From Candidatus Rokuibacteriota bacterium (GTDB lineage: Bacteria > Methylomirabilota > Methylomirabilia > Rokubacteriales > DASRDR01): DNA of 11,406 bases. Both the position numbers and the translations under genes were made by a program. A model generated the notes under the pieces. The model worked only from the letters and a program-made list of their open reading frames with translations, was not told where the DNA came from and ran no database searches. Shown piece by piece: positions 9,297-11,406 of the stretch (position 1 is the first letter of the stretch; every line of letters begins with the position of its first letter). The stretch is taken from NCBI GenBank assembly GCA_044866005.1, contig JBIOTN010000152.1:1-11406 (forward strand), written 5' to 3'.

Positions 9297-11171
9297 ATGG
9301 TCGCGGCCAATCGGGCCTGCACGAACCGGAACCAGCGTGTGTCCGGTGCGATGCTCGTCACGATCAGCGTCGTCGTGCTCGCTCTGCCGGGCCTGGTCCG
9401 TGCCGCGCCGAGCTTCACCATCCAGAGGACCGCTGCGTCCCCCAACCCGGTTCAGCGGGACGCCAGCACGACGATCACCACCACGATCGCCAGCACAGGG
9501 CCGAGTGCGTCGGGGATCCTCGTGGACATGGAGGTCCACAGCGCGGGTGGCGGGAAGGTCTACCAGCAGTCGACGTCGAACCAGAATTTCGCCGCGGGAG
9601 AGCGGAAGACCCTGCGGTGGAGCTGGTCGGTACCGGCGACGCAGGCCCCGGGCAGCTACACGATCAAGATCGGGGTGTTCTCGAGCACGTGGTCGACGCT
9701 CTACGCATGGAGCAACAACGCGGGCACGCTGGCCGTCGCGGGCGGCGTCAGCCTCACGGTGGGGAAGGGCGGCGCGGGCGGGGGGACCGTGACGAGCGCG
9801 CCGGCGGGGATCGACTGCGGGGCCGACTGCACGGAGGGGTACGCGAGCGGGACGGCGGTGACGCTGACCGCGACGCCGGCGGCGGGCTCGGTCTTCGCCG
9901 GCTGGAGCGGCGGCGGGTGCAGCGGGACAGGCCCGTGCGTGCTGACCGTGGCGGCCGCCACGTCGGTCGTCGCGACGTTCGGGGCCGCGGCGGGGGCCCT
10001 CCCCGCGCTGCCGAGCGGCTGGCCCGGCCGGCTCGAGCTCGGCATGGTGGACTCACCGGGCGGCGCGGCCCAGCTGCGCGCGACCGGCCAGTTCGCGTTC
10101 CGGTACCACTATCTGGCCGGCGGCGTGAACACCGGGGCGGGCTGGGCGAGCTGGCTCGCCAACGGCGGCTTCGTCACCGACTTCGTTCAGGAATCGGTCC
10201 AGAACGGGTTCATTCCGGTCTTCTCCTACTACATGCTGGCCCAGTCGGCGCCCGGCAACGCGCAGCCGGAGGCCGACGGCGTCTACACGAACCTCCAGAC
10301 GGCGGCCACCATGCGAGCGTTCTACAAGGACCTCACGCTGTTCTTCCAGCGGGCGGGGGCGTCAGGCGGTTCCCCGGTCGTGCTGCACGTGGAGCCCGAC
10401 CTGTGGGGGTACATGCAGCAACGCGCGAGCGGGGACGACGCGGCGACCGTGCGCGCGCAGGTGGCGGCGACGGCCCTCAGCGATCTCGCCGGCCTGCCGA
10501 ACACGGTCGCCGGGATGGCCCAGGCGGTGCGAAGGCTTCGTGACAGATACGCGCCGAACGTGCTCCTCGCGTACCCGCTCAGCGTGTGGGGCACCGGCGT
10601 GGACATCGATGCCGCCGATCCGCCCGACAGCACGGTGGACGTCCTCGCCGTTCGCGCGGGCAACTGGTACCAATCGCTGGGGGCGGCCTTCGACATCGCC
10701 TTCGCCGAGTTCGCCGACCGGGACGCCGGCTATTACCAGTACCATCTGGGCCGTGGGAACGGGGCCTGGTGGGACGCCGCGGATCACGCCCGGATGGCCC
10801 GCTTCCTCGCCGGCTTCGTCGGCATCGCCGCCCAGCGCGTCGTGATGTGGCAGATCCCCCTCGGCAACACGAAGATGCTGGCCATGGACAACACGTGGCG
10901 CCACTTCCAGGACAACCTGGTGGAGTGGTTCCTCGACGATCCGACCCGGACCCACCTCGGTGCCTACGTCCAGGCCGGGGTCGTGGCCTTCCTCTTCGGG
11001 CCCGGGGGCGACGGCGCCACCTGCGCGTGCGACGCGGCGCGGGACGGCGTGACCAATCCGCCGCCCGTCAACGGCAACGGCGGCGTTTCGCTCAGCGCCG
11101 ACGACGACGGCGGGTTCTTCCGCCAGAAGGCGTGGGAGTACTACGCCGGCGGCGCGATCGCGCTCGACTAG
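9297..11171 (+). CDS. Secreted modular protein: signal peptide + Ig-like domain + divergent InlB B-repeat-like domain + putative glycoside-hydrolase-like domain
   Basis: ATG 9297 follows AGGGTGG (alternatives 9246, 9351). Hydrophobic stretch ending VRA-A. Beta-rich domain ~9414-9737 (SPNPV...PGSYTIKIGVF). Cys-containing repeat ~9750-9980 (GTVTSAPAGIDCG..C...GTAVTLTATP..GSVFAGWSG.GCSGTGPC). Aromatic-rich alpha/beta domain ~10000-11168 with VVLHVEPDLWG, AEFADRDAGYY and MWQIPLGN. Confidence 0.8.
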   Translation: MVAANRACTNRNQRVSGAMLVTISVVVLALPGLVRAAPSFTIQRTAASPNPVQRDASTTITTTIASTGPSASGILVDMEVHSAGGGKVYQQSTSNQNFAAGERKTLRWSWSVPATQAPGSYTIKIGVFSSTWSTLYAWSNNAGTLAVAGGVSLTVGKGGAGGGTVTSAPAGIDCGADCTEGYASGTAVTLTATPAAGSVFAGWSGGGCSGTGPCVLTVAAATSVVATFGAAAGALPALPSGWPGRLELGMVDSPGGAAQLRATGQFAFRYHYLAGGVNTGAGWASWLANGGFVTDFVQESVQNGFIPVFSYYMLAQSAPGNAQPEADGVYTNLQTAATMRAFYKDLTLFFQRAGASGGSPVVLHVEPDLWGYMQQRASGDDAATVRAQVAATALSDLAGLPNTVAGMAQAVRRLRDRYAPNVLLAYPLSVWGTGVDIDAADPPDSTVDVLAVRAGNWYQSLGAAFDIAFAEFADRDAGYYQYHLGRGNGAWWDAADHARMARFLAGFVGIAAQRVVMWQIPLGNTKMLAMDNTWRHFQDNLVEWFLDDPTRTHLGAYVQAGVVAFLFGPGGDGATCACDAARDGVTNPPPVNGNGGVSLSADDDGGFFRQKAWEYYAGGAIALD

Positions 11172-11219
11172 ACGGCGCGAAGTCGACTCCGTGGGGACCG
11201 GCCCCGCGGCCGCGCCGTC
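11171..11219 (+). other. GC-rich stem-loop downstream of the secreted protein gene (possible 3' end structure, no U-tract)
   Basis: GACGGCGCG(11171-11179)/CGCGCCGTC(11211-11219) enclosing CCGTGGGG/CCCCGCGG. Confidence 0.45.
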
Positions 11220-11244
11220 CTCGAGACGCGCGGATGCCTCCATA

Positions 11245-11273
11245 TTGTCAGCCGCCGGGGCCTGTGCTAGTGT
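11245..11273 (+). promoter_or_regulatory. Sigma70-type promoter with extended -10 upstream of the atpZ/atpI-family gene
   Basis: -35 TTGTCA (11245-11250), 17-bp spacer ending TGTGC, -10 TAGTGT (11268-11273). It forms a locally AT-richer patch in GC-rich DNA. Confidence 0.75.
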
Positions 11274-11316
11274 TCGTGTTCACAAGCGTCCCGCCCCGTG
11301 TCCCGGGGAGCCGGGC

Positions 11317-11406
11317 GTGACCGACGAGCGGCCTTCGCGCGACCGACGCTGGCTCCGGCAGCTCGGCGTCCTCAGCGGGGTGGGGCTCACGCTGGTGATC
11401 TCCACC
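11317..11406 (+). CDS. AtpZ/AtpI-family protein (ATP synthase operon gene 1), 3'-truncated
   Basis: GGGGAG RBS (11305-11310), then GTG 11317: MTDERPSRDRRWLRQLGVLSGVGLTLVIST. A charged N-terminus followed by a 'lg.ls.vGltlvis' helix is typical of ATPase_gene1 proteins. Only 30 codons are visible and the ORF is absent from the supplied track. Confidence 0.65.
   Translation, partial: MTDERPSRDRRWLRQLGVLSGVGLTLVIST

Overview
High-GC bacterial window with all credible genes on the + strand. It holds two adjacent ABC importer operons of the PotABCD/AfuABC-like (polyamine, Fe3+, thiamine, sugar-phosphate) class. Operon 1 has a 5'-truncated substrate-binding protein (SBP), two permeases and an ATPase. 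Operon 2 has an SBP, a twice-frameshifted and non-canonical PdxA-family dehydrogenase, an ATPase and a fused double permease. These are followed by a secreted modular protein (signal peptide, Ig-like domain, divergent InlB B-repeat-like domain, uncharacterised glycoside-hydrolase-like domain). The window ends with a near-consensus sigma70 promoter and the start of an AtpZ/AtpI-family gene, probably the beginning of the F0F1 ATP synthase operon. The most notable points are: (1) the PdxA homologue lacks the canonical GHTE/RTS phosphate-binding motifs and sits inside a transporter operon; (2) it carries an in-frame ~22-codon insertion that is a DNA palindrome; (3) five back-to-back hairpins lie between SBP1 and permease 1; (4) the secreted putative glycanase fits no family I can name. 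The style is compatible with Ca. Rokubacteria/Methylomirabilota, but that is inference only.
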